64,000 nucleotides of DNA from contig JAEOUH010000029.1 of assembly GCA_016839365.1 (NCBI GenBank), positions 1 to 64,000 on the forward strand. Direction: 5' to 3'. The translations under genes and the position numbers were made by a program. This stretch comes from Candidatus Hermodarchaeota archaeon. Lineage in GTDB: Archaea; Asgardarchaeota; Hermodarchaeia; Hermodarchaeales; Hermodarchaeaceae. Positions 39,621 to 49,365 of this stretch are shown piece after piece (position 1 is the stretch's first letter; each line of letters opens with the position of its first letter). The notes beneath the pieces were generated by a model, which saw only the letters and a program-made list of their open reading frames with translations, did not search any database and was not told the origin of the DNA.

Positions 39621-40841
39621 TCATCTTGCTGTGAGGGTTTCAAGAAAGCTTTGTATGCGTCCTTCTAATCGTGCACGGTCAGAAAATTCTGGATCTAGAG
39701 GGACTCGGACAGAGAGCACTTTCTTTTGTTCTGCAAGTTTTAGAGTGTCAGGAACTTCGAACTGATCTGGATCACAGAAGGATTGCTCACAGATAATTAA
39801 TCCGTCAATCTTCAGTTTCTCGAATACCCTTCTAAGAAAGGTCAATCGAGAGGGTAAACCCTCTTGTGTGGCCTCTGCAGGCGCACTAAGGATACTTTGA
39901 GCCATTTCCGTGAAGGGATCAAAATGAAGGTTAGGCGCCTTGGTGAAGGTTGTCCGATAAGTAAAGGATAATAGATCAAAGGCAATCTCAAGGTCTTCGA
40001 GATCTGCGTTGGCTTTGGCATTATCGAAGTGGAATGCAACACCTTCAGAGTCGACCATTCCTCCTATTATCATAATACGAGGTTCATCTGTTGATTGGAT
40101 TTCTATTTGGTCAGGAATATGACCAGCTAACAGACCATGCCGAAGAGCTTCAGTTGTTGGGAGACATTGCTCTTTGCGAAGCTCGTTTTGCAGGTGGGTG
40201 GCAACACTTTCGATTTCTGTAAGCGAATTGAGGCTAGGTGCTGTAAGGAATTTCCGAATGAGTCTAGCGTATTCAAAGTATGGATAGATTGAAGGCCGAA
40301 TGATGCGTGCTACAGCAATGAATTGAGCGGCTGCCTTGAATTCAGCGATGAGTGCAACGGCCTTTTGATAGAGCTCCATAACAAACCGCTTGCCCAAGAT
40401 AACTTCCAGGTGGTTACTCAAGTCTCGGAGCTCCTCTGCAAGATAGGTAACTGCCATATCATCGTTTGCCACAGGATAAGTTAATCGTAGAACAGTGTCG
40501 TCTGGAAAACGGGCTCGCCAGACATCACCCAGATTTTGAAGCGAGTCACATGTACCACCTGGAAATAAGATGGCGTTCAGGGGTGGCATGTGTTCTTTGG
40601 ATCGTTGGCTGAAGAGATTTCGTGAGTAGGCACAACAGAAGGTTTGCAGGCTCGCCTCGTAGGCACTGGGTATCTTCGGTTCAGCCCACAGCAGAATGGG
40701 TGTGAAGTCGTGAGCAAGAAAGAGTTCAAGCGGTGCGTGAGGGTAAATGTAGCCTATAAGTCCATGTTCAGCTGCAATGAGTTCTTGAACTTCTTGATGT
40801 CGAGCAGCAATGAGAGCATCATAAGTTAAGGGAGTACTCAT
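39621..40841 (-). CDS. 2-hydroxyacyl-CoA dehydratase/BCR subunit (HgdB/HadC-like)
   Basis: P.EL..A, FCCAYSR, TCDSLQNL, FCDPDQFE, RIQSFLE motifs. Confidence 0.85.
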   Translation of the reverse strand: MSTPLTYDALIAARHQEVQELIAAEHGLIGYIYPHAPLELFLAHDFTPILLWAEPKIPSAYEASLQTFCCAYSRNLFSQRSKEHMPPLNAILFPGGTCDSLQNLGDVWRARFPDDTVLRLTYPVANDDMAVTYLAEELRDLSNHLEVILGKRFVMELYQKAVALIAEFKAAAQFIAVARIIRPSIYPYFEYARLIRKFLTAPSLNSLTEIESVATHLQNELRKEQCLPTTEALRHGLLAGHIPDQIEIQSTDEPRIMIIGGMVDSEGVAFHFDNAKANADLEDLEIAFDLLSFTYRTTFTKAPNLHFDPFTEMAQSILSAPAEATQEGLPSRLTFLRRVFEKLKIDGLIICEQSFCDPDQFEVPDTLKLAEQKKVLSVRVPLDPEFSDRARLEGRIQSFLETLTAR

Positions 40842-40997
40842 TTGAACCAACCAAACCTTATGGATATCTATCGGCTTTTGCCTTAAGCTTTCGCACCCAA
40901 CCAAGGATTACCAATGAAAACTAGATGTTAATTTCTGTAATTACCAAAAACTCCTTTAATGAATTAAGACATTCAGTCTCATTGCGAGGTTTTTTCC

Positions 40998-41939
40998 TTG
41001 ACTACTTCGATTGAAATGGTAGACTTGACCAAAGAGTTTGCGAAGATCAGAGCAGTTGACAATGTCTCATTGGATGTTCGACGTGGTGAAGTGTTCGGAT
41101 TTCTTGGGCCCAACGCTGCTGGGAAATCGACAACAGTGAAAGTCGCAGCGACTTTGTTAGTGCCCAGCAAAGGTTCGATTGTTATTGAAGGATACGATGT
41201 CCTAGAACAACCGGTTGAGGTACGATCGATTATTGGGCTTCTCCCTGAAGATGGAGCTTCGACCCATTATGACCGATTATCAGCCTACAAGAACTTGGAA
41301 TACTTTGGTCGACTCTATGATGTACCTGAAGAGACTCTTGAGAACCGAATTGATGAACTGCTAGAGTTCCTAGAACTTTCTGATCGCAAAGATGATTCTC
41401 CGGCAACCTACTCAACAGGACTTAAGCAGAAACTATCTATTGCCCGGTCAATGATTCATAATCCCCAAGTGGTATTTCTTGATGAGCCAACATCCAGTTT
41501 GGATCCAATCATGTCCAAGAGGGTGCGGGAGTTTATCGATACTCAGGCTGAAGGAGGAACGCAAACCTTCTTTCTTTGTACCCATTTACTTTCTGAAGTT
41601 GAAGCCCTCTGTGACCGTGTGGGATTCATTTCAAAAGGAAAATTGGTGGAAGTCGGGCGTCCAAAGGAGTTGCGCCGCAAGTTCTGGACTTTACGCACCT
41701 ATGAAATACAGCTTACTGATTCTAATTTGCAAAAATCTGGTGAAATTATTACCTCCACAGGTCTAGCCAAATCAGTGAAGATTGAAGGGAGCCGCATTGT
41801 TTTCGAACTTGAAAATGCGGAGACTAAGAATCCCCAGATTGTCCGAGCCCTCGTTGAGTCTGGAATGAATATAATTGAACTGCGAGAACGTGTACCAGAC
41901 CTTGATGCTGTATATCAAAAAGTGATTGGAGGGAACTAA
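40998..41939 (+). CDS. ABC-2 type exporter ATP-binding protein
   Basis: GPNAAGKS, YSTGLKQK, FLDEPT motifs. Confidence 0.93.
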   Translation: MTTSIEMVDLTKEFAKIRAVDNVSLDVRRGEVFGFLGPNAAGKSTTVKVAATLLVPSKGSIVIEGYDVLEQPVEVRSIIGLLPEDGASTHYDRLSAYKNLEYFGRLYDVPEETLENRIDELLEFLELSDRKDDSPATYSTGLKQKLSIARSMIHNPQVVFLDEPTSSLDPIMSKRVREFIDTQAEGGTQTFFLCTHLLSEVEALCDRVGFISKGKLVEVGRPKELRRKFWTLRTYEIQLTDSNLQKSGEIITSTGLAKSVKIEGSRIVFELENAETKNPQIVRALVESGMNIIELRERVPDLDAVYQKVIGGN

Positions 41940-41940
41940 A

Positions 41941-42675
41941 ATGTGGAAGAAAGCTTGGTTTATGGCCCAAACCGAAATGCGAATGGTCTTCAAGAGCCGA
42001 CAAGTCCGCATGATTCCGATCATTGTTGTTATTATGTCTGTAGCTTTTGGAGGGATTATGACCTGGTTGATGTTATCCTCTGGAGGAATCGATGCAGCTC
42101 TTTTTTCTGTGACATTAGGTTCGATTATGGGCGCAGTGGTGATAATGCTCCCCCTGATGTTGCCGATTCTAATCGCTGCAGATTCGATTGTGGGGGAGAA
42201 GGAGAGGCATACATTGGTTCCATTGTTGGCTACACCACTTACTGATGGCGAGTTACTCCTTGGAAAATTCTTAACTGCTATGATTCCGGGGCTACTTGTG
42301 GCCTATGGAAACCTTGCACTTGCAGTCTTGGTTGTGAATGGAGTTGTCTTCTTCATGGCTCCGCAGTTTCTCTGGGTCTGGCCTGATTTGCTCTCACTTG
42401 TTCAGGCAATTATTCTCCCAATCCTATTTGCAATTCTTGCTGTTGGGCTGATGGTCATTATCTCTGGTAGAGCAAACACTGTGTATGAAGCTTATCAGAC
42501 TGGTGGCATTCTAATTCTTCCTGCCATGGTGTTTGCCTACTCTGGCTTCCTGTTAGGGCTAGGCTGGCTCATCTTCGTTATCGGATCCATAATCATCCTT
42601 TTTGTTGATTTCATTTTGTTCCGTATCGCTCTCCGATTGTTCAATCGTGATCCCCTCATTACACGAACTGGTTAG
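41941..42675 (+). CDS. ABC-2 type exporter permease
   Basis: AADSIVGEKERHTL..LLATP...LLGK; 6 TM. Confidence 0.9.
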   Translation: MWKKAWFMAQTEMRMVFKSRQVRMIPIIVVIMSVAFGGIMTWLMLSSGGIDAALFSVTLGSIMGAVVIMLPLMLPILIAADSIVGEKERHTLVPLLATPLTDGELLLGKFLTAMIPGLLVAYGNLALAVLVVNGVVFFMAPQFLWVWPDLLSLVQAIILPILFAILAVGLMVIISGRANTVYEAYQTGGILILPAMVFAYSGFLLGLGWLIFVIGSIIILFVDFILFRIALRLFNRDPLITRTG

Positions 42676-42746
42676 TCAACCTTTGAATGTGACCTAAGAT
42701 TAAAAACAGGAACCGGATAAGTAGCTCATTACGAGTGTGATTTTAC

Positions 42747-43049
42747 ATGTCGAAGGTATACCGAATTATTGCACGTGTTCATGAGACACGGGCTGAAGAA
42801 GGAAAAAGCCCTTGCCGTCTGTATAAGGTCGGAGATGAGTTCGATCTCTCAAAGCCTGAAGAAAAGGAGAAGATTTGCCGTTGGGCATATAACGCCATGT
42901 TCCCCTTCATAACGATTCTTGAATTTGATGGAACGATACCATGGGAACCTGATAAGAACCGAGGTTATGTTGCTTGTCCTGACCCCCATAATATTGTGGT
43001 GTTTGAGTTACGCCGTGAAGGCATTATAGAGACACGAGAAAGTCCATAG
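42747..43049 (+). CDS. TIGR04076-like small Cys-rich protein
   Basis: C...KVGDEF, IC..A, CPDP...VVFEL motifs. Confidence 0.8.
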   Translation: MSKVYRIIARVHETRAEEGKSPCRLYKVGDEFDLSKPEEKEKICRWAYNAMFPFITILEFDGTIPWEPDKNRGYVACPDPHNIVVFELRREGIIETRESP

Positions 43050-43055
43050 CAGAAC

Positions 43056-44321
43056 TTATTGCGTTGCAGCGGACTGATTTGTATCCGCAGGTGGATGGAT
43101 GAAGCAAGAAGGGTCTTCTGCAAGGTGATTGCCTGTCACCGCCCAAGACCGTCCACGACATCCACCACAAAGTCTTCGGTATTCGCAGCTACTACATTGT
43201 CCTAGCAACCGATTCTCGCGGTCACGAAAATCGAGAAAGACGGGAGCCTCTTGCCAGATTTTCAAGAAGGAGGATTGACGGATATTTCCACAAGAAATTT
43301 CAATGAAAGGACAGGGCCACACCTCTCCATTGGGTTTAATATATACAAATCCTCGCCCTGCAGAGCAACCATGGAAGACCATTTCAGCTAACCAAAGTAA
43401 GGGTCCCCTACGAATGCCGTTCTGTTGCAAGAGGAAAGGCCAGTATTGGGGTCCTGCGACCGGTTCCATAATGGCATGTGTATGGGTTTGAGCTTTGGCT
43501 ATAAATCGGATTAACTGCTCATTTGCAGCTAAATCAAGAGCCGCGTTTTTAATTTTCCGTCCCCGACCGACAGGAACGAGTTGGTACATGAGCAGAATCC
43601 CAGTTCCGACTCGTTCTATGAGATCCATGAGGGGCTTCATCTGATCCATGTTATATTCCATGGCAGTGATATTGACATGGAGAAGAATGCCAACTTTGTG
43701 AAGTGCACGAATGCCTCGTAAGGCGTCGTTAAATGATCCCGGCTGTCCGCGGACCATATCGTGTGTCTTGGCGTCAAACCCATCAAGACTAACGGCTGCA
43801 ATAACAATACCTAGGCTTCGAAGACGTTTTGCGATTTCAGTGTCAATGAGTGTGGCGTTGGTGGCAATTGTATTAGTGAACCCGAGCGCTTGAGAATAAG
43901 CGAGTAATTCGAAAAGGTCAGGGCGAAGCAGTGGCTCGCCTCCAGTGAAAGCCATCATTTGGAAATCTTTCACATCAGCTAGTTGATTGAGGAGATGTTT
44001 GCCTTCAGCAGTGGTAAGTTCATTTTTGGTAGGTTTTCCCCCCGAGGTGTGACAATGAATGCATCGCAAGTTACAGGCTGCTGTCATCTCCCAGACGGGA
44101 TGAGCCGGAAAGCCGATACAACCCATGCCACGGGATCCAGCAGCCCCTGGAAGACACTTCAACCCGTATTTCAGAACCCAGAGAGGTAGTCGTGTCCACC
44201 GCGATAAGGCACCCATGTATGATGCACTCAGAGCCTGTCGTAGAATAAGATGGGGGGATTGCCAATAGGGTCGAACTTTTCGTTTGGGGGGTTTTCCCCA
44301 TGCACTTAACCATTTAGCCAT
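43056..44321 (-). CDS. Radical SAM/SPASM-domain protein
   Basis: CNLRCIHC, FTGGEP, SPASM CSAG...PC...CSSC...CGGC...DPSC. Confidence 0.93.
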   Translation of the reverse strand: MAKWLSAWGKPPKRKVRPYWQSPHLILRQALSASYMGALSRWTRLPLWVLKYGLKCLPGAAGSRGMGCIGFPAHPVWEMTAACNLRCIHCHTSGGKPTKNELTTAEGKHLLNQLADVKDFQMMAFTGGEPLLRPDLFELLAYSQALGFTNTIATNATLIDTEIAKRLRSLGIVIAAVSLDGFDAKTHDMVRGQPGSFNDALRGIRALHKVGILLHVNITAMEYNMDQMKPLMDLIERVGTGILLMYQLVPVGRGRKIKNAALDLAANEQLIRFIAKAQTHTHAIMEPVAGPQYWPFLLQQNGIRRGPLLWLAEMVFHGCSAGRGFVYIKPNGEVWPCPFIEISCGNIRQSSFLKIWQEAPVFLDFRDRENRLLGQCSSCEYRRLCGGCRGRSWAVTGNHLAEDPSCFIHPPADTNQSAATQ

Positions 44322-44325
44322 AACT

Positions 44326-45243
44326 TCACAACACAAGGACAGCTACGATGAACACTAGAGTGGTTCCCAGATTTACTATTATGTTCAGACCACACAGCTT
44401 CTCTAGTGTGCTTCGATTTATCCATGCTCCTCGAAGCATCAGTATTACCAATCCTACGGAAATCGCCAGCACCGGAAGGTAGCAAACAAGACTCCAGGGC
44501 CAGAGAAAGCCCAATGTTAGGGTAGTAGCCATTGTGAACCAACTTGCAATGGCAGCCAAGGAATATAGAATCATCGCCCGATTTAATCCCAAGCGAACTA
44601 CCAAGTTCTTTTTTCCCGTATCTCGGTCTGCTTCAAAGTCTGGGAATTCATTGAGAAGAATAACGTTGAAGACGGTGAATGCAACAGGAAATGCCATAAA
44701 ATGAATTAAGGAGATGAAATAACCAACTTGTAAATAGAAGCTGGCAGCGATGGTTAACCAACCGTAGTTGAAGGCAATCCAAATTTCACCAAGACCGCGA
44801 CTAACCCATCGGATGGGTTTTGCAGAGTAAAAGAAACCACCGATAATCCCAATGACTCCAAGGAAAACGGTCAAGGGGCCTGTTAAGTAAAGGAATTGAA
44901 GGAGGATACCAACAATGGCAGCAAGAAGGACGCATACCAAGGAAGCGTATAATGCGGTTCGCCTTTTGATGAGACCCCGTTGGAGAACCTGTGAGCCTCC
45001 TGCAAAACGGCTGGGCCCTTTTTGGGCTGCAAGAAAATCGCCTTCGTAATCCCAATATTCCCCTGCATAATAGGTTGCCAGCATAATAAGGACGACGCCT
45101 GCTATTCCCCAGAGGAAGATATCCCAGCGAAAGAACCCAAGGAATACCCAGGCTAAAATGGCACCTAAGAGAAAAGGGAGTATGCCCACCAGATGAAAGG
45201 GAAGACGGGAGAGTGCGAGCCAAGCATTGATTTTCTCTTTCAT
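44326..45243 (-). CDS. UbiA/MenA-family prenyltransferase
   Basis: EYWDY..D, GFFYS.KP, GLGE, NEFPDFEAD...GK.NL.VRLG motifs. Confidence 0.88.
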   Translation of the reverse strand: MKEKINAWLALSRLPFHLVGILPFLLGAILAWVFLGFFRWDIFLWGIAGVVLIMLATYYAGEYWDYEGDFLAAQKGPSRFAGGSQVLQRGLIKRRTALYASLVCVLLAAIVGILLQFLYLTGPLTVFLGVIGIIGGFFYSAKPIRWVSRGLGEIWIAFNYGWLTIAASFYLQVGYFISLIHFMAFPVAFTVFNVILLNEFPDFEADRDTGKKNLVVRLGLNRAMILYSLAAIASWFTMATTLTLGFLWPWSLVCYLPVLAISVGLVILMLRGAWINRSTLEKLCGLNIIVNLGTTLVFIVAVLVL

Positions 45244-45322
45244 GCTTCATCCTCATATAACAGGAATAAAATCCTATGCGTTACTTGATTTGACCATATT
45301 ATACGAGAGATGTAATTTGGAA

Positions 45323-48300
45323 CTAAAGGTTGCGGAGAAGGTTATTAACCTGGACCTGACCTGCACGGCGGGCGGGGAAATAAGCTCCTGTTAGTAAACC
45401 CAGAATCACTAGGCCTAATATTGCCACTAGGAGGCTCAGGGGGTAGATAATGGTGAAAGGTACAATGAACGGTTGGGGAAATAATTTGATTATAACAAAC
45501 ATAAGAAGCCATGAGAAGTTAATTCCAATTACGACGCTGAAGAAGAACGCCAACAGGATGATGCTCACAAATTCCACTAACACCATTGAGGTAACATCAC
45601 GACGAGAACCTCCAAGGGCTCGCATGATGGCATACTCAGTTTTTCGTTCCGCAACGATGGTACTCACAAAAACTGTTAGAGCGACGATACTGATTGCGAG
45701 TGAAGCGAGAAAACCCACCGAAAGTAATCCTATAATTCCTTGTGAAAACAGGTAACCATCGGGATAGGCTTCTTCTAAGTCAAAGGTGAATGGTGACCAA
45801 GTGCGATAGACAAAGCCAAGGGACTCAATGGCGTTTTGGGCAGTTTGGATATCACTTGCAGAGTCTATCCCCGCAATGAATGAATTGGTAGTATCCATTA
45901 TAGAGTAAGGATCGAATAGTGGAATTTCAACAAGAAAATAATGTTGGTGGCAGAGGGCAAATGGTTCGTTCTTTTGAAATCCAAATCCAGGATTTGAAGT
46001 GATTGATGCTTGAGGATCTGAGGGGTTCGAATAACCAAGACCTGGGGCCTTGTACATAATCCCGACAACATCAAATTCTTTGACTTCGACTATGAAAGTT
46101 CGCTGATCGCGAACGATAACGGGAATTGTGTCACCAACCCTCCTATCATACAAGGAGGCAAGGTGGGCCGGAAGAATGATACCATTATAATTTGCTGCTA
46201 AGCGGTCTAACACTGTCTGATAATCTTCGCCCATCATGCTCGCTTCGTCCCAGTTTCCTACTTCTGCATAGGCTGTGGGGTTTACGGCAATGAGTTTGAA
46301 GTTTGAATGTGCGATTTCTGCTTGCACTTCAATGAAAGCGGTAGCAGTATGGATTGCTGATAAGGAGGTTATGTCATTCACGCGATCGGCAACGACCAGT
46401 TCAGTGTAAATACGGATATCGCCACCCACATAGTAGTTGACCTGTTGATCGATATGATTATGGTAAGTTTGTGCCTCTACGGCAGAGAATATAGTAATTG
46501 AGAACGTGAGTAACAAGATCATTAGTAGCGGAACAACTCGGGTCCGTTTCACCGTCAGGGTCTTGCTGAAGAGTTGGCTCTTCTGGCCAATAGCGGGCGT
46601 AAATATCTTCGAAAACGTTGCGATTGCAGGTCGAATAATGCGGGCAACGGCATCAGCAAGAAGTATCCAAAAACTAACAATCAGAATGAACACAATCAGT
46701 GCTATCTCTAAAGAGAGAGGAAAGATCAAAACGAAATAGACTAAAGGAATAGTAAGAAGGATGACACCAATAGCATATGCAAATTGGATTCGTGGATTAT
46801 GTTTCCATGATGAATTATTCTCGCGAAGCTCGGCATATACTTCGGATTTTAAAAACGACCGAGTTTTAAGGAAGAGGTAGGCTGCGGCAGGTAATATGCA
46901 AACAACCCCAGCAAGGCCCCAAAAGACCAAATTGATGGTTGTCAAACTGATATGGTGGAGAAGACTCCCAAGATTAAAGATTAGAAAGGAGGTGACAGAA
47001 GGTATCAAGCATCCTAGAAAAATCCCGAGAAACCCTCCAGCTATTGTTCCGAGAAGAGCTAAGATGAAAAATTCAACCATGAGGATTGAATAGAGTTGCT
47101 GATAACTTGCTCCACGGGATCTTAGGATTGCTAGTTCAGAACGGCGATTTGACAAAAACAGGGATGCCGTAAACGTTGTTAACAAGACTGATAGTATCAC
47201 GATTGGTAATATTAGGAAAACCATTGTTTGGCGTTCATAATAGACTGTGACATAATCTTGCAAGAATTGTAGTTGGTCACGGCCACCAATCGTGACGCTA
47301 TATTCTAATTGGATATCTGTATATAACCGATCTAAGACTCCGATTATAGCCTCTAGTCCAGCAGCATAGAGAGGGGCAGGTGTAATTTCGACAAGTAATC
47401 GGGGAACCATTACTTGCTCAGCGATCTGATCCAGGGTTTCAGTACTGAATATATCACTTGAAAGAATTACGCTGTCAAACCAACCAAATACGATTTCAGA
47501 AGCGTAGATTGGCCCCCAATTGAGCCGACTTTGTGAGGGAAAGGCCTCCTGAAGCGGTTCAAAGCGTGATATAACTTCATAAATACCGGCTATTCGTAAT
47601 CCGTTGATGTTCGTCGGATCAATTGCTCCAATTGTGCTTGTAACTTGGTAGTCCCGCGCCACAGACAAATCAATTACACTTCCCACTATAACATGACGGC
47701 CCATGACCTGGTTTAGATCTTCAACAACATTTTGGCTAACAAGTACTTCACCGGGATCCAGGTGGAACTCGCCATCGATTATTCGAAATGACCCTGAAGC
47801 GCGTTCTAGAAAGGTATTATCAGTGAAAAAGACTTGACAGTCTTTGATTCCCCGTTGGTAAGGATAGGGGAGATATCGGTCTGTTGGATCAAGAGTGGTT
47901 GCATCAATCAACGCGATTGAACTATAAACCACATGTGAGACTTGTGTTGTAACCTGCGTATCGACAAACTCCTTTACAGGAAAAATAGCGTGGGGGTCGT
48001 TGTTAGTTGGACCTTGGACGCAATAGTAATGAAATGATAATTGGGCGAAATAATCGTCAATGGCAACTCGAGCTCCAGTTTCAGTCCACACAAACACAGA
48101 ACTGACCAATGCCACTCCAATCATAATTCCAATGAGTAGACTGATTGAACGCCGTTTATGTCGTCGAATCCCATGGGCAACATATCTGGAGATATAGAGG
48201 TTTCGACTTACGCCGCTATCTTTTAGTCCTCTACGGAATCTAGCTGAACTTGGCTCATCCGTGTTCAGGGATTCAACATCTGTTTTTGTGGTTCGAGCCA

Positions 48301-48328
48301 AAGACTTCAAGACTCCTTTTTTCATCAT
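45323..48328 (-). CDS. Large FtsX/MacB-like (type VII ABC) permease, copy B
   Basis: RRSELAILRSRGAS, ERKTEYAIMRALG, PARRA motifs. Confidence 0.9.
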   Translation of the reverse strand: MMKKGVLKSLARTTKTDVESLNTDEPSSARFRRGLKDSGVSRNLYISRYVAHGIRRHKRRSISLLIGIMIGVALVSSVFVWTETGARVAIDDYFAQLSFHYYCVQGPTNNDPHAIFPVKEFVDTQVTTQVSHVVYSSIALIDATTLDPTDRYLPYPYQRGIKDCQVFFTDNTFLERASGSFRIIDGEFHLDPGEVLVSQNVVEDLNQVMGRHVIVGSVIDLSVARDYQVTSTIGAIDPTNINGLRIAGIYEVISRFEPLQEAFPSQSRLNWGPIYASEIVFGWFDSVILSSDIFSTETLDQIAEQVMVPRLLVEITPAPLYAAGLEAIIGVLDRLYTDIQLEYSVTIGGRDQLQFLQDYVTVYYERQTMVFLILPIVILSVLLTTFTASLFLSNRRSELAILRSRGASYQQLYSILMVEFFILALLGTIAGGFLGIFLGCLIPSVTSFLIFNLGSLLHHISLTTINLVFWGLAGVVCILPAAAYLFLKTRSFLKSEVYAELRENNSSWKHNPRIQFAYAIGVILLTIPLVYFVLIFPLSLEIALIVFILIVSFWILLADAVARIIRPAIATFSKIFTPAIGQKSQLFSKTLTVKRTRVVPLLMILLLTFSITIFSAVEAQTYHNHIDQQVNYYVGGDIRIYTELVVADRVNDITSLSAIHTATAFIEVQAEIAHSNFKLIAVNPTAYAEVGNWDEASMMGEDYQTVLDRLAANYNGIILPAHLASLYDRRVGDTIPVIVRDQRTFIVEVKEFDVVGIMYKAPGLGYSNPSDPQASITSNPGFGFQKNEPFALCHQHYFLVEIPLFDPYSIMDTTNSFIAGIDSASDIQTAQNAIESLGFVYRTWSPFTFDLEEAYPDGYLFSQGIIGLLSVGFLASLAISIVALTVFVSTIVAERKTEYAIMRALGGSRRDVTSMVLVEFVSIILLAFFFSVVIGINFSWLLMFVIIKLFPQPFIVPFTIIYPLSLLVAILGLVILGLLTGAYFPARRAGQVQVNNLLRNL

Positions 48329-48332
48329 ACTT

Positions 48333-49349
48333 TCATAGCGCTGTTCCGCAGGCTGGGCAGGTCACTCGATTTGAAGTAACAAGTTTACCACAAATCCGAC
48401 AGGTGACCAGTTTCACTTCGACTGCTACAGCATTCTCAATCGTTGAAGGGGTGAGAATTATCCGTCCATCATCCACTTCGACTTGGAATCGGCGTGGATG
48501 TCCGATTTCACGTAAGATATTTTCAGGCAGGGGGAGCCTATCTTGGTTATCAACTTCTAGTACTCGAGTCCTTTCAAGCTGTTTAAGGTGAACGCCCGAA
48601 TCATGAGTCCCACTGATTATTCCATCACGCAGTTCAAGTGTTCGTCTAGCCTTTGAGGCGATCAATTGGCTGTGGGTTACAATGAGGAACGCCGTTCCAT
48701 AATCTTCGTTGAGTTTTTTGAACAGGTCAAGAATTTCTTCAGCATTAATAAGATCAAGATCACCGGTCGGTTCATCTGCTAATATTAATGCAGGATTATT
48801 CATAAGAGCAGAAGCTATTGCAACACGTTGGCGTTCGCCACCGGAGAGCTTGGCGGGAATATGATTCATTCGCGATCTCAAGCCCACAGATTCTAACAAT
48901 TCTTCTGACCGTTGTTCACGCCAAGTTTTGGGAAAGCCTGCAATCCGTGCGCTGAGTTCCACATTTTGTTTTGCAGTCATGTGATGAAGCAAATTATCCA
49001 CTTGAAAAACGAAACCTATGAACCCTCGTCGAGCATTTGTGATAGTACGTTCATCTAACTTTGCAATGTCTTGTTTGATATTGGACCAATAAACCTGACC
49101 CGCACTTGGACGCAGAGTTCCTCCAAGTAAATTTACTAAGGTGGTCTTTCCACTCCCTGAAGGTCCAACAACTGCGACTATTTCGCCTTGGAATATTTGG
49201 AAGGATAAACCACGTAAAGCTACAGTTTCAATCTCACCTGATTGATAGATTTTGTAGACATCGTGAGCCATTAGAACTAAATCTTCTGGGATCTCTGCAA
49301 ACTCTTCTTCTTTGATAAGACCGCTGATGAGATTATTTCTTAAGGTCAT
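48333..49349 (-). CDS. LolD/MacB-like ABC ATPase with C-terminal AbrB-like domain and zinc ribbon
   Basis: GPSGSGKT, LSGGERQR, ADEPTG; VD..DRLPLP...GRIILTP; CRIC...CPACG; start at 49349 has a GAAGGTGA RBS. Confidence 0.9.
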   Translation of the reverse strand: MTLRNNLISGLIKEEEFAEIPEDLVLMAHDVYKIYQSGEIETVALRGLSFQIFQGEIVAVVGPSGSGKTTLVNLLGGTLRPSAGQVYWSNIKQDIAKLDERTITNARRGFIGFVFQVDNLLHHMTAKQNVELSARIAGFPKTWREQRSEELLESVGLRSRMNHIPAKLSGGERQRVAIASALMNNPALILADEPTGDLDLINAEEILDLFKKLNEDYGTAFLIVTHSQLIASKARRTLELRDGIISGTHDSGVHLKQLERTRVLEVDNQDRLPLPENILREIGHPRRFQVEVDDGRIILTPSTIENAVAVEVKLVTCRICGKLVTSNRVTCPACGTAL

Positions 49350-49365
49350 TTTTTCACCTTCTAAT

